NCBI RefSeq assembly: GCF_947568905.1
Contig: NC_079171.1
Coordinates: forward strand, 71,362,001 to 71,426,000
Length of the DNA stretch: 64,000 nt
Direction of reading: 5' to 3'
From: Ostrea edulis
Lineage: Eukaryota
In this document: in pieces, positions 51,501 through 63,460 of the stretch
Layout: each line of letters opens with the position of its first letter
Numbering within the stretch: the stretch's first letter is position 1
The notes under the pieces: generated by a model
What the model saw: the letters and a program-made list of their open reading frames with translations, nothing else
Databases searched by the model: none
What the model was told of the DNA's origin: nothing
Translations under genes and position numbers: made by a program

Positions 51501-54500
51501 TATTGTGACTTGTAACATGTCTAATTTTTGCATTGAATATGCAAGATGCAACGATTTTTGCACACACGAACTTGAATCTAGCCTGAAAAACATATTTTCT
51601 GTTGAAGCCAGAACTTGCTCCCCTAACTTTCCTTTGGCACTGAAGTTCACATGTCACACAAATCAAACATCTTTCACTTAAAAACCTCGGAGTATCGTGC
51701 CAATGATGAAATTTTTATGTACGGAAACCCTGTTTATGCAAATGAGTCCATTGTGAAAGTAACCATACGTGTAGATTAGGGGCGATATCAATATCACAAT
51801 ATAATATGGATGTATGCAATATAAAGAATTGAAACTTTTTCAGTATCAAAGATAATTAATATAACCCATTTGACAGAAACTTTTACGCGATTGCAGTTTA
51901 CCGTTTGACAGCGGTGGTAAATAACGAAACAATATTTTGACATTTCCAACCACAAAATAACTGTAGATATGTACGTCATGACCTTCGTCATGACGTGATT
52001 TTCATTGTGACGTCGTGCAATGTGCCAGTGCGCTAAAGTATATTTATGTACAGCACTGGTATTAAGAATTTTATGGGGAAAGCCTTAACTCAACAGCGTA
52101 CAATATTGATAATCGTCAGGTACGTCATGTAATGTTACCTGTGTCTGCTAGTCCCAAACTAACCAAAGCATACCACTATTTAAAATACGGTATCGCTTAG
52201 TCAGAAATTCAAAACCTGATTTACACGTAGGGGTAAAAGTTTGGAATAAAACTACTCATCTACCTGAATACAAATTTTGTTATTATCAAGGGGACTCATT
52301 TTGGACTTTAAATGTGACACCCTCTTTGTCTACTACTACGCCATGTTCTGAGTAATTTGTTGCTATCAGAACGAAAGAGAGTTAGTAGAAATAACATAAT
52401 ATACATAAGTTCTCGTATCGCCAAAAAACTTAGTCACTATATAAAATGTTTCATTCGATGGAAGCAATTTCATACTTAAGTGCTTGCTTTGCACTTGTTC
52501 AGTTTATAAATCAAGGAGAGCTACTGACAAACAAGTTGATGGTACAGGGGTTTCAACAGTATCCTTTAAAATCACCATTTCAAAAACTCTATGGTCGTTA
52601 TGATGATTTAGTTTGCATATACAACCAAGCATTGTATCGAATGCTGTCTGACGTGTTTTATAACGATTGTTAGACCGTTCTTGACACACTAATTTTGACT
52701 AAGGACAATTCCGATTACCTGATCAAGATAGACGGTTCATGGGTGGTGTGACCGGTCGACATGGAATGCGAATTTCTCTTAAGCACCTTGTCCAAGTCTG
52801 GTGTGCCCAGGGGTCCGCGTTTGCCCAATTCTATATTTAGTATTCCTTATAGGGCTTATACGATTGATCACTATTCGTTAGCTTCACCTTTCACAGAACT
52901 TTATTTCTATGTTGAATGTTGCCGGGTATGATATTACGATTTGTAGAGGTAATGAATAGTTTGCCAGAGAGAATGCGTTATGTATAAGGATTTCAATGTT
53001 GAAGATGTCGAACAGTGATGAATCTCATAACTCTGAAGGCATACATACTAAAGAGTTGGGCAAACACAGACATACGACAGGTGGAAGTTGGTGCCTAGGA
53101 GGAGTAAGCACTGTCTATAAACCGGCCATACCCGGTCAATATCTTTGTCGTGATCAGGTAAATGGCATAAATCGTAGTCAAAATCAGTTCAGCAAGATGC
53201 ATGAAAACAAAAGGTGACCGACCAGTATTATCACGGTCCGATAGTCCGACGGGCCGGTATGTCAGCAAGTAAGATGGCATGGATAACTTAATGAGCTTGT
53301 ATAATTTAATCATTCAATCATATAATAAAATGGATGTTGCTGGGTTTTTGTCAGTCAATACGATGAATTAGTCATCTTCGAAGTATAGTATTCACCTCGT
53401 CCTCTGAGCTCGGTGAATATTGTACTACTCAGACGGCTTAATTACTGTATTGACATCAAAAACAACAATATTTGTGTAATGTTACATTTCTGATCAATTT
53501 GTTAGTCACTGGTAGCTGTTAATTATATTCCAACAAAAATGCATAATAAGGGGAAATTGGGTTATAATTCTTATTTTCAGTAAGAAAGCAGAGGAATGGA
53601 AAGTTGTTTTTAAAACAGCATTCCCCAATATGTTTCAAACATCAGCTTATACCACAGTCATATGTTTGAGTAACAGGCATTCTGATAAGTTGGGTCTGGT
53701 AATAGTGGGGAGAATGATGTCCTACAGCGGAAAACCGAGAAGGGGGGTCAGTAAAAGTCTTATGAAAAACTTACAAATAGTTACAGTATTAGCTGACATT
53801 ATCTTAATATGTAATTTAGGCAATTCCTGAAAATAAGTTTAATATAAACTAGTGTTAACATTTTATTCGTTACGCACGCCATTCAATGAAATGGCACTGT
53901 AATTTGCAATCCCAATCGGTTACTTAATGATGTTTTGATTTCTATTCCAAATTGTTTTAGAAGGGATATTTACCAGCATACTATTTCATTTCTATTCTGT
54001 TTTAATAGGGTATATCTCACGCCTTATTGTAACAACTTCTACAATTAATTCACTTCTTATAAGGTTTTGACTCACATGGATAGCGACACCTGGGCTCTGT
54101 TTTTCCTTTGTTTACTCTGTTTGCTTTTTAGGCTTCTTTTTTTCTTTTATTTCCTTTTTTTGCCAACAGACATGATTATTGCAAGTATTATGAATGTATG
54201 GATGCATGCTATTTTTGCCAAATCATACCATTAATGTGAACACTTTTTTTTTTTTAATTTTACTTTCTGTACGCGACAGCTCATTGTAACATTCATTTTG
54301 TTTTTATTGATTATAAAGATTAAAACTTACAACACGTGTAGCAGTCTTTCACCATGGGCCAAAATATAATTTACCTCATGATCTTGATAATAATTTCATA
54401 GCCTACTAAATTCATATTCTTACACAAAGACCTAGTCAGTTAGATCTCAAAATGATGTAAGAATGTTGTGATATCAGGAAGTAAGACACGGAGAGACTTA

Positions 54501-54846
54501 AACATACATGTAACATTGAAAGGCAATTATTATTTATTAAAGAAGGTGTGTGTTTTGGCCGGTTTTGAAAGCAATCCTGTTTAAAGCTTGATGATGTCTG
54601 TCCGTCCGTGGAAAAAAAATGGTTGAATTTCTATGCAATGTTAAGGGTAATTTTCGACATATTTTACCTGTAATTCATCAGTTAGCAGTTTCAATTTCCA
54701 TAAATACCGGGTTTATCTAATTTAGTTTACACTTGAATGATTTTGGTCAGAAATTGATTGTACGATTTATAATCAAGCCGTGCCGATTTTGGCGGTTTCT
54801 GGTAATTTCCATAAAATAATGCCTGAAATGAATAAATTTTAACTCT

Positions 54847-57800
54847 TTTTTTTTTTTTTTTTTTTTTTCAAGTTTCAAGATTTTTATTTATGAAACAAGA
54901 CAAAAACATATACAAATATACAAAACAAATGAAATACATGTATAAGATACAATGTGTATACGATATGGTTATTATTTTACCATGGAATCAAAATAGATAC
55001 AGTATATGTCAAACAATTGTAGTTATTAATTTACATCAACATAATTTCAAGTGACGGAATAATACTGCGTAAGAAACATATTTGGCAGTGTGTGTATAAT
55101 AAAGATAAGTTTTTAATTGTTGTTTTTCAAAAACGCCCCGCTGCCACAATGAGTCCACACATATCACGACAGTTCATATCCGACTCATTGGGCAGCTCTA
55201 TTAGAGGACTGACCCTCTGAATAGTGGCTTCATATATAACACAAGTATATATAATACACAGATATACACATGTATACATACATGTGCGTGCATAGATATA
55301 ATAGCAGTAGTAAAAATGTTTAAATTTTATGTTAAAAATTTTGATATAAAGAATATCTATAGATTGGATACAAAATTTTGAAAAAACTTCTGTTCTTTTG
55401 TTTTATATAAAAACCTGAGAACTTGACAGTGCGATCTCAAGTATTCCTTGATGGAACGAATAACAAAATCACTCGTCTCATTAACCTGCACAACTCTACA
55501 ATACATCTTACATTTATAAATTCTAAATGCAATAAAAGAAAGCAAATAGTTATATATCTTTATCAACTCAGTATTATCCAAATAAAACCCAACAGCAATA
55601 TGTTTCCAAGTAATTGTGAAATTAATACAGGTACTTGCGACCTTCCATATATGTCGTACATTAATACAATCAAAAATAAGGTGTTTTGTGTTTTCGATTT
55701 CATTTCTACACAGTTTACACTTATTTGTTACAGTGTTGTTCCATTTGCTAATAAGGAGATTATTACTCAATAAGTTGTGTATTAGTTTATAATTAAACTC
55801 TGCTAAAGATTTGTCTTCAATGTATTTAACTTTCAATAAAAATATTGATTCCCATTCCTTTTTATCTGTTATTTGGAACTCTCTACTTAACCTTGTAAGC
55901 GAGGGTTTTTGGAATTTATGCTTTATCAAAGTAGAATAGAAAATTTTAGTTTTATGTTGTAAACATAAATTTTTATCAATATTTTTGGTTTTAATGTAGG
56001 GAATTTTAGAAAAATCATATCCGAGTTCAAATTTTTTGAAAATATGTCTTATCATCTTATACTCGCATAGCCAGTTCGTTTTCTTAGTAAGACAATCATA
56101 AATTTGTTTACCTGATTTTAATAGCCCATCCTCATTAAAAATGTCTTTAACATATAAAATTCCACTTTTTATCCAATCATCAAAACATATTGATTTACCT
56201 TTGAAGAGAAAATTTGCATTTGACCATATTGGCTGAAGAAGGAATTTTTCAGTGGAGTTAAGAGTTTGGTTTGTGTTGTCTTGACAAAGGTTGAAGCAAG
56301 AAAACACCTGTTTATAAAACACTGGAACATTTTTAAGAATGCCATAATTGTTAGTTGATGTTTCAGAAGTCTTAACTAAATAATCAATGTCAAGATTTAA
56401 AGTTTTGCTGAAACTTTCTGCATATTTTTTAATGATATGATTACTTGTAATAAGGCGTGGAATCCACATGGCCTTTAGGGCTTTAAGTTTAGACTCTATA
56501 TCGACTACACCTATCCCTCCATCTTTAATATCCCCTATCAATGTGTTCCTTTTGATTCTATCTTTTTTATTCCATAAAAAATTAAATATCAACCTATTGA
56601 TATCTTTTATAAACTTAGGATCGGGTAATTCTAAAATGCTTGCAACATAAGTCAATTTTGATAAAGCCAATGAGTTAATGATTGTACATTTTCCAAATAA
56701 TGATAGTTTTCTTCTCTTCCATGATTCAAATAACATTTCAATTTCGTGATATATTTTCATCCAGTTTTTATTGTAACATTCAATCTTATCTTGACCTATA
56801 TGAATACCTAAACATTTTACGGATTTCCTAGTTACCTTTATTCCCTCTACTGTTTCAAGCTGGTTTCTCAGGTTTCCGAGTAAAATACATTCTGTTTTTG
56901 TGAAATTTATTTTTGACCCTGCTAATTCACAGAAACTTTTAATGGTGTTTATTGCATGTTTTAGAGAATCGGTATCACTTAAAGCCAGTGTCATGTCGTC
57001 TGCATGTTGAATATTTTTAATTTCATTTTCTAAGTTTTTATTTTTAAAACCGTGAATCGAATTATTTGATTTGATTTTATCTGATAGAATTTCTGCAACA
57101 AATAGGTATAAAATCGCAGAAATTGGACAGCCTTGCCTAATTCCCCTGTGCATCTGGCATGTTCTAGAGATCCAGCCATTATTTTTTAAACGGAAGATAG
57201 GATTTTTATAAAGTATTTTAATCCATTTAATAAAATTAATTCCAAAATTAAATGTTTCTAGAGTTTTGAACAGAAAATTCCACTCAACTGAATCGAATGC
57301 TTTCTCAAAGTCGAGAAATAATAATAAGCCCTCTTGATTATTGTTTTCCCAGTAATCAAAAATATCTAATATCAATCGTGCGTTGCTTCCTATAAATCTT
57401 CCTTTTATATATGCTGTCTGTTCGTTACTTATGTAATCATCGACAACTTTTTGTAAACGACGAGCAAATATGAATGCAATTATCTTGTAGTCTGTATTTG
57501 TAAGGCTAATAGGTCTGTAATTTTTTAATAGGGATTTCTCTCCTTTTTTGTGAATTAATGATATGACAGCAAGTCGTTGGGAAAAAGACATTTCATTTGA
57601 TAAAAAAATTTCTTTAAGCATTCCAAAAAAAAGTTCCGATAACTGATCCCAAAAGCATTGATAAAATTCAGTTGGTAAACCGTCTAGACCTGGCGATTTA
57701 TTGTGTTTCATACTCATAACAGCTTCTCGACATTCATCTAAAGTTGGAAATTGGTCACAATTATTTCTCGCACTCTCAGATAAACATTTAATATTGCTAT

Positions 57801-58307
57801 TATTTAAATAATTCTGAATGTCAGAAGAATTTATATTTTTAGTATCATACAGATTTTCATAAAAATTACACATTTCACTCAAAATATCTTCATCAGTAGT
57901 TAAAGTTTCTTTTCGTTCGTTCTGTAGTTCATTAATAACATTCTGTGATTGATGCTTTTTTTCTAGACTTAAAAAATACTTGGTGTTTTTTCTCCTTTGT
58001 CGATCCACTTAGCGCGTGACCTAATTTGAGCTCCTTTTGCTTTTTTATCATACAAGTCATTTAATTGCGACTCCAAGTCTCTCTTTTTATTCATATCAAT
58101 TTGGAGATGTGGGAGAGATTATATTTCATTTATTTCTTTTTCAATGTTTGAAATTGTATTCTTAAGATTTTTCTGCGATTTGATTGAAAAATGTATAGAA
58201 AGTAACTTAATTTTATGTTTTAAAATTTCCCATTTTTGCGTGTTTGTTCCTTGTGGGTTTTTTATATTTTGTATAATATTTACAATTTGGTTTTTATATT
58301 CGCTACT
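54847..58307 (-). mobile_element. 5'-truncated L1/Tx1-like non-LTR retrotransposon with poly(A) tail and 10-bp TSD
   Basis: Poly-T from 54846 with AATAAA about 20 nt before the tail on the minus strand. TSD ttttaactct at 54837-54846 / 58308-58317. The site at about 39785-39800 in copy 1 is empty. Confidence 0.93.
55357..58008 (-). CDS. ORF2 remnant: non-LTR reverse transcriptase plus C-terminal Zn knuckle; endonuclease lost by truncation
   Basis: KSPGLDGLPTEFY, YRPISLTNTDYKI, DFEKAFDSV, GIRQGCPIS, QHADD and CKLC..E...HLIFDC. The upstream part (GAQIRSRAKW) lies in another frame and contains a stop. Confidence 0.9.
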   Translation of the reverse strand: MDRQRRKNTKYFLSLEKKHQSQNVINELQNERKETLTTDEDILSEMCNFYENLYDTKNINSSDIQNYLNNSNIKCLSESARNNCDQFPTLDECREAVMSMKHNKSPGLDGLPTEFYQCFWDQLSELFFGMLKEIFLSNEMSFSQRLAVISLIHKKGEKSLLKNYRPISLTNTDYKIIAFIFARRLQKVVDDYISNEQTAYIKGRFIGSNARLILDIFDYWENNNQEGLLLFLDFEKAFDSVEWNFLFKTLETFNFGINFIKWIKILYKNPIFRLKNNGWISRTCQMHRGIRQGCPISAILYLFVAEILSDKIKSNNSIHGFKNKNLENEIKNIQHADDMTLALSDTDSLKHAINTIKSFCELAGSKINFTKTECILLGNLRNQLETVEGIKVTRKSVKCLGIHIGQDKIECYNKNWMKIYHEIEMLFESWKRRKLSLFGKCTIINSLALSKLTYVASILELPDPKFIKDINRLIFNFLWNKKDRIKRNTLIGDIKDGGIGVVDIESKLKALKAMWIPRLITSNHIIKKYAESFSKTLNLDIDYLVKTSETSTNNYGILKNVPVFYKQVFSCFNLCQDNTNQTLNSTEKFLLQPIWSNANFLFKGKSICFDDWIKSGILYVKDIFNEDGLLKSGKQIYDCLTKKTNWLCEYKMIRHIFKKFELGYDFSKIPYIKTKNIDKNLCLQHKTKIFYSTLIKHKFQKPSLTRLSREFQITDKKEWESIFLLKVKYIEDKSLAEFNYKLIHNLLSNNLLISKWNNTVTNKCKLCRNEIENTKHLIFDCINVRHIWKVASTCINFTITWKHIAVGFYLDNTELIKIYNYLLSFIAFRIYKCKMYCRVVQVNETSDFVIRSIKEYLRSHCQVLRFLYKTKEQKFFQNFVSNL

Positions 58308-59839
58308 TTTTAACTCTATTAATTAAACTTTTTGATGATGGTCAACATGTCGGACTATCGGATCGTCGGACTACAGGTCCGTCTGTCTACCGGAACGTCG
58401 GACTATCGGACCGTCGGAACAAAAGGGTGTGTATTCTAGTCATTCATGTTTAATAAAGTACACTTGATTTGGTAACCACACAGGGTACTTGAAAATACTT
58501 TGATAACAGCGCCCACAACATGTGATATTTTGTTTGGTTGTAAGATTCATTATTGCTGTTGTATTTTATATAACTTTTCCTAAAAGTCAACATATGTTAA
58601 TCCGAATCGTATTCCAAGTGTCCATTCAAAAATAAAGTTCTTCAAAATCACGTTTTGATTTTAAACAGATCCAATATGCAAAATAGAGGGGTAAAATAAA
58701 CCTGAGTTACAGTACCTATACTAGATTCTAAAACTTCAGAAAACGTTCGAGAGATGTAGTGCAGGATCCAGAATATTTTATACTAAGCCCCAAATATTTC
58801 CTCCCCACGAAAACAGCAAATGTCGTGACGGTGTAACTTTAACATCAGATAGACGTGCCGTAAATCTAATTGTAAGTTTAAAAAAAGATTAGTAAATCTG
58901 AAATTATATTTTACTCAAATCAACATATCTTGTGATATATCGTGTAAACAAAAGTGAATTTCGATCGCTCGAACGTCGATCTTTCGAGGTTCTCGATATT
59001 ACGCCCCCGAGTTTTCCTCTCTACTAAGGAAATGCACTATTTGTTTCTCGAGAATTTGATCTCTTAAAGTACTTGGTATCTAAAAGTGAAGTTTGGGTCC
59101 CGTAGAACATGATTTTAATGGTTTCACTCGAGAATTTTCGAACTTTTGGTAGCGTATATGTACCACCACTCCATATATAATTAACAGTGAATGTCTAGGG
59201 CTAGTCTGTCCGTGGTAATCAGGTGTTCGCATAGGTAACGCATCCCTGCTTTTCCATGTGGGGTGAATAATTAATTGCTTAACTGGTTTCAACCCTTCAA
59301 GTGCAATTCGTGTGATAAAATAATTCGAATATACATAACATTTACCAGTTGTTTGAACTTAATAATATAGTAATCTTGATATTAGAATTTGAAGACAGGC
59401 CAAAGAAACGTCATTAATTATTAGAATGTGTGTTTTGTGCAAAGTCACTATGACATGTGGCGATTATGCTTGGTGTACTTAGTTATTAAAGAATTGTATA
59501 ATGTATGAAGCATTGTAGATATGTACATGTGTCGGTACATTTACATGTACTGGTCGATCGGGGATGTTCACTCCTCTTACACCTGATCAAACGCTTCGTG
59601 TGCCCAGGGTTTCGTATTTGCTCAACTCCCTATTTTATATTGAAACGCGCATTGATGCAGTTTTCCGTCCATTCTTTTTTTTTTTAAATTAATGTATGCA
59701 TCAAAAACAATTATAAGTTTAATTTCTTTAAATAATAATCGAAACTCTTTCTCAAAGGAACATGATGATATTCAATACGGCGATATGAATATTGATTTAT
59801 CTACCAAAGCTGAATATTATTTGACTGTACATATTTATT

Positions 59840-59941
59840 GTTATTTCGGAATTCAAACATGTCGGTTGAGCATCACAAAAGATACATTATTTGTCGAAAT
59901 GCGCTTCTGGTTCATCACAATTGGCACCGCATAAGTTTTAC
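59840..59941 (+). repeat. Retrozyme-family fragment with a decayed hammerhead (core CAAAAGA); duplicate of 41330-41429
   Basis: gcatca-caaaaga-tacattatttgtc-gaaatgcgcttc-tggttc at 59870-59913. Confidence 0.72.
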
Positions 59942-61206
59942 AATATGACAAATCTTTGATATCTCGAACAATAATCTGTGGGACACCAACCAATGACACG
60001 TGAAGATAAGGGACAGTGATCAAACTTAAAACTCATATAAAACTCATATAAGCAATACAAAATTGAGAGTTTTTTTAAACACGGACCACTGTATATACCA
60101 GAATGGGATCAGGTTCCTAGGAAGAGTAAACATCCAGTCCCTGTCGACCGGTTACGCCTGCCGTTAGCCCTATACCGCCCTGTCAGAGCTTGTATCCCCT
60201 ATAGACTCCCCAATGTGACACCTTTTTATATTGCACAACGCTTCAGCCAATATTGTAGCATTATTGCTTATATTCAAGAAAGGACAGGTATAATCGGGCA
60301 GCAGAGGTACATACTAGAAGGGTAAATGAAATGCGAACATAACGAATACTGATCAATCTGATAATTATTATCAGCAATATTTAATAGAGAATTGGGTAAA
60401 CACGGACTATGGACATGTCAGAGGTGGGGCTATGTGCCTAGGAGGAGTGATGCGCATGTATCCTTAGTAATTTACCTTACAATGAATCTAACTGTTTGTA
60501 TCACATCAAATACGCTTTCAAATGTTGCAAGATATACAAATATCATGCCGAAACTTTAATTAATACTTGCTTTCAAGCTGCAATTTTGCATTTGGTCTCA
60601 TTTGAAGCCCATTCTATGTTCTCCATCGTGATCAACTACCTACCTTTTGCAAAAGCACACCAAGGATACCTCAGGATTATTTATTTCTAAATGCAGAGCT
60701 TCCGGTGAAATTACAAACACCAACCTGCAGTCGACTAGACACAACATACTGTTGAATAAAACTCATAATTTAACTATATCACTTAGTCAGCAAACATATT
60801 GCTGAAAGGTCTGAGTTTATTGAATTCCAGAGTTATAGAATTTAAACATATTTCACCTTGATGTAAACCGTTTCCCTTGATGTAGATCCCTTTCAGAATA
60901 TCAATGCATTGACCCATATGTTAATATCGGGAGATACATATTCCGCTACATACGTTGCCGTGACTTGCTTGTGTTGTTTTCCATGTAACATTACAATTGC
61001 TTTGCTCGCAAATGCCTAGATGTATCCCGGTGTATGTCATTCACCTTTTGGTGGATGCAATTTAAACTCAATTATCACATGTTCAACATCCGAAGAAAAT
61101 ACATACTATTACTACATATCTACTTTCACTGATGTGATTAGAAGAATCATAAACATTAGAATTTGGAATCCGTCTACGGAAGGTTTCTTCGAAATGGTTC
61201 GTTATA

Positions 61207-62508
61207 CAGTGAAACTTCTCCAAACCGGCCCCTCAGAAAACCGGTTCTCCCTGAATATCGGCCGATTTTCAAAGTCCTGGCAGAAACCTTACCATTTCCT
61301 TACAAAGAAAGTCTCACAAAACCGACCACCCCTGAAAACCGGACATCGGCCACTTTTTAAAGTACTATTGTTAACAAACATGTGTAAATTACCCTTATAA
61401 TACCGACCACTATTTGAAGACCAGACAATTTTGACCAGAGGGGTGATTAAGACCGGCCAGGTGTGAAAAATGACTGACCTACCGGCCAGGTGGGAAATTA
61501 TCGACCGGAGGTGTGAAAATCACGAGTGGCCTCTATAAGTTCTATAGTTTACCTGTGCTCTCCAGGGTGTTAATTGGTGCTTGGCTAATCCAAGAGACCC
61601 TTTCAAATTTCTGTACGAAATGTTATAAACAGATATGCATATATTGAATGAATACAATCAATACGCCATATTGTTGCACCATGGATATAAGCGGTAGTTA
61701 ATAAACAACAAACCCATGACTGTTAATGATACTTTTCAATAGATAAATGAGTTTTGGGGGGTTTCAATAGACTTAAAATTCCTAAGAAGCATCTAAATTA
61801 AAATTATATATTTACTACTGTACCTTTCAAAAATGTCAAAACAAATTTGTTAACGATATAAGCAATGGACGTAAACAGGATTTTTATAGGTAAGAGAAAT
61901 TCCAATAATAGGCCTCTGTGTTTTCTTTATGTATCTTGTTATAAATTTTTAAATATATATATTAAATTAGATGATTGCAGCAATACTCTTTTTTGTAATA
62001 ATTACCTGTAGGTACAAGCGGACTAGTTTGATCTCCACCGATAATTGATCATAGATCCCCATATAAAAGTGAGCAGTACCTACTCTGTGTATCAATTGCA
62101 GCAATCAAATGGCTATGTGTTTGTGTTGTTTATTAAAACATAAGCCGAAATTCTATATAAATGCTGCTAGTCTACAAATTTCAATACATATATCAAATGC
62201 AGTTTTATTTAAACGGACTGTTTTCCATTATCTATGCATGTCAATATAAAAATGTTTATTCATGTTTAATTAGTTTTAGTGCTATAAATTGAAAATAAAC
62301 ATGTTAGTAAATTTTTGTTTTATTTCCAATAGTGAAATAATAGTCCTTGAACACCATATTATTTGGTTTGTGGTATGTCAATGGAATATTTAATAAAAAA
62401 TGAGCTGAAATGTCTCTATAAATGCTAAATTCTCGGTATACCGGCCACTCCTCTAAACCGGCCGTTTTTGTCGGTCCGACAGCTGGCCGGTTTAGAAAAG
62501 TTTCACTG
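61207..62508. mobile_element. Tc1/mariner-pogo-type non-autonomous element, 1302 bp
   Basis: Terminal inverted repeats cagtgaaacttctccaaaccggcc / ggccggtttagaaaagtttcactg, TA duplication on both sides, and internal accggccaggtg.gaaa repeats at about 61450-61520. No transposase is visible. Confidence 0.88.
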
Positions 62509-62697
62509 TACATGAAATACTTTCTACGTTTGATTATTCGTGTTCTTTCTTTTGTCTTTTTTATAAAGTTTATCCAAAGAAATTTAAACGCCTCATATTA
62601 AATGCATCCTACCATAGCTACATAAACATATAAACCTCGCCGGGCATTTGAATGCTACCATATTTGTACTGACCCTTTGATATGAAATATTTTCCAG

Positions 62698-62870
62698 GTA
62701 TATACATAATAATCCGTTGATCTGCGACTGTAATATGAAATGGCTGCTGTACTTCCGTCGCATGCAGAACTTGAATATGGAATTTTTCGGGAGGGTCCCA
62801 ATATGCAGTGACCCGGTAAACATGAAAGGAAAACGGCTCGACATACTTCAGCTGTCAGATATACAGTGTG
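62698..62870 (+). CDS. LRR C-terminal cap (LRRCT) exon: YIHNNPLICDCNMKWLLYFRRMQNLNMEFFGRVPICSDPVNMKGKRLDILQLSDIQC
   Basis: Acceptor aaatattttccag|g and donor g|gtaaga, 173 nt, phase 2 to phase 1. It has the classic NPxxCDCxxxWL...CxxP...GxxL..L...C four-cysteine cap and joins the 45329-45400 exon in frame. It overlaps track ORF 62717-62935, which runs on into the intron. Confidence 0.93.
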
Positions 62871-63181
62871 GTAAGAAAGAAGATAACACAATTTCAAACA
62901 ATATTTCATATCTAAATAAACATCACATTTGCTGAAAATGTAAATAAACCAAATAGTGGCTACTCTCACAAAACATAGATATTACAAAACAAATAGTAGG
63001 ACATACCTTTTTTCGCATTTGTGTGAAAAATAAGGTTGCGACTTCAGGTCATACGTTTAAAGATGACACATTCTGGGTCCATTAGTACACAAACACATTT
63101 ACAGTTCATAAAGGTCAGTATCCGTCATTGTCATTATTGATTCCCATCTTCTGATTTTAGATAATTATATCTGGATTTTCT

Positions 63182-63183
<2 letters not shown>

Positions 63184-63244
<61 letters not shown>
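63184..63244. repeat. (AG)n microsatellite, about 30 units
   Basis: Read directly. Confidence 0.98.
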
Positions 63245-63247
<3 letters not shown>

Positions 63248-63301
63248 TCATGTGTAGATTTTCAACTTTTCAGAGTGTAATTTCCTATAAACTATAATCC
63301 T

Positions 63302-63460
63302 ATGAAAGGTGATGATAACGAACAGTGATCAATCTCATAACTCCTACAAACAATACAAAATAGATAGTTGGACAAACACGGACCCCTGGACACAGCAGAT
63401 GTGGGACCAGGTACCTAGGATGAGTAAATATCCCCTGTCAACCGGTCACGCCCGCCTTCA
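63302..63460 (-). mobile_element. Naiad-type 3' tail
   Basis: atgaaaggtgatgataacgaacagtgatcaatctc...accggtcacgcccgcc. Confidence 0.85.

Larger units (their letters stand above)
41823..60347. repeat. Tandem segmental duplication, copy 2 (18,525 bp)
   Basis: It begins with the same atgggaaaggggagggg as 24508 and ends gaacataacgaat, matching the end of copy 1. Length differences are explained by copy-specific insertions and deletions. Confidence 0.92.

Noticed and set aside
60848-60919. LRR-like stretch VSLDVDPFQNINALTHMLISG and nearby LLKGLSLLN and KIHTITTYLL pieces (60800-61150)
   Set aside because: There is an in-frame TAA, no AG at the 72-nt position, only a weak donor, and the pieces lie in different frames. 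AT-rich DNA readily gives L/N/I/F patterns. A profile HMM hit would be needed to call it a decayed module.
27991-62698. Nearly equal exon spacing (17,338 and 17,369 bp), suggesting a third duplication unit
   Set aside because: The LRRCT exon lies 2.35 kb beyond the end of copy 2 in unrelated sequence. The second spacing is a coincidence of insertions.
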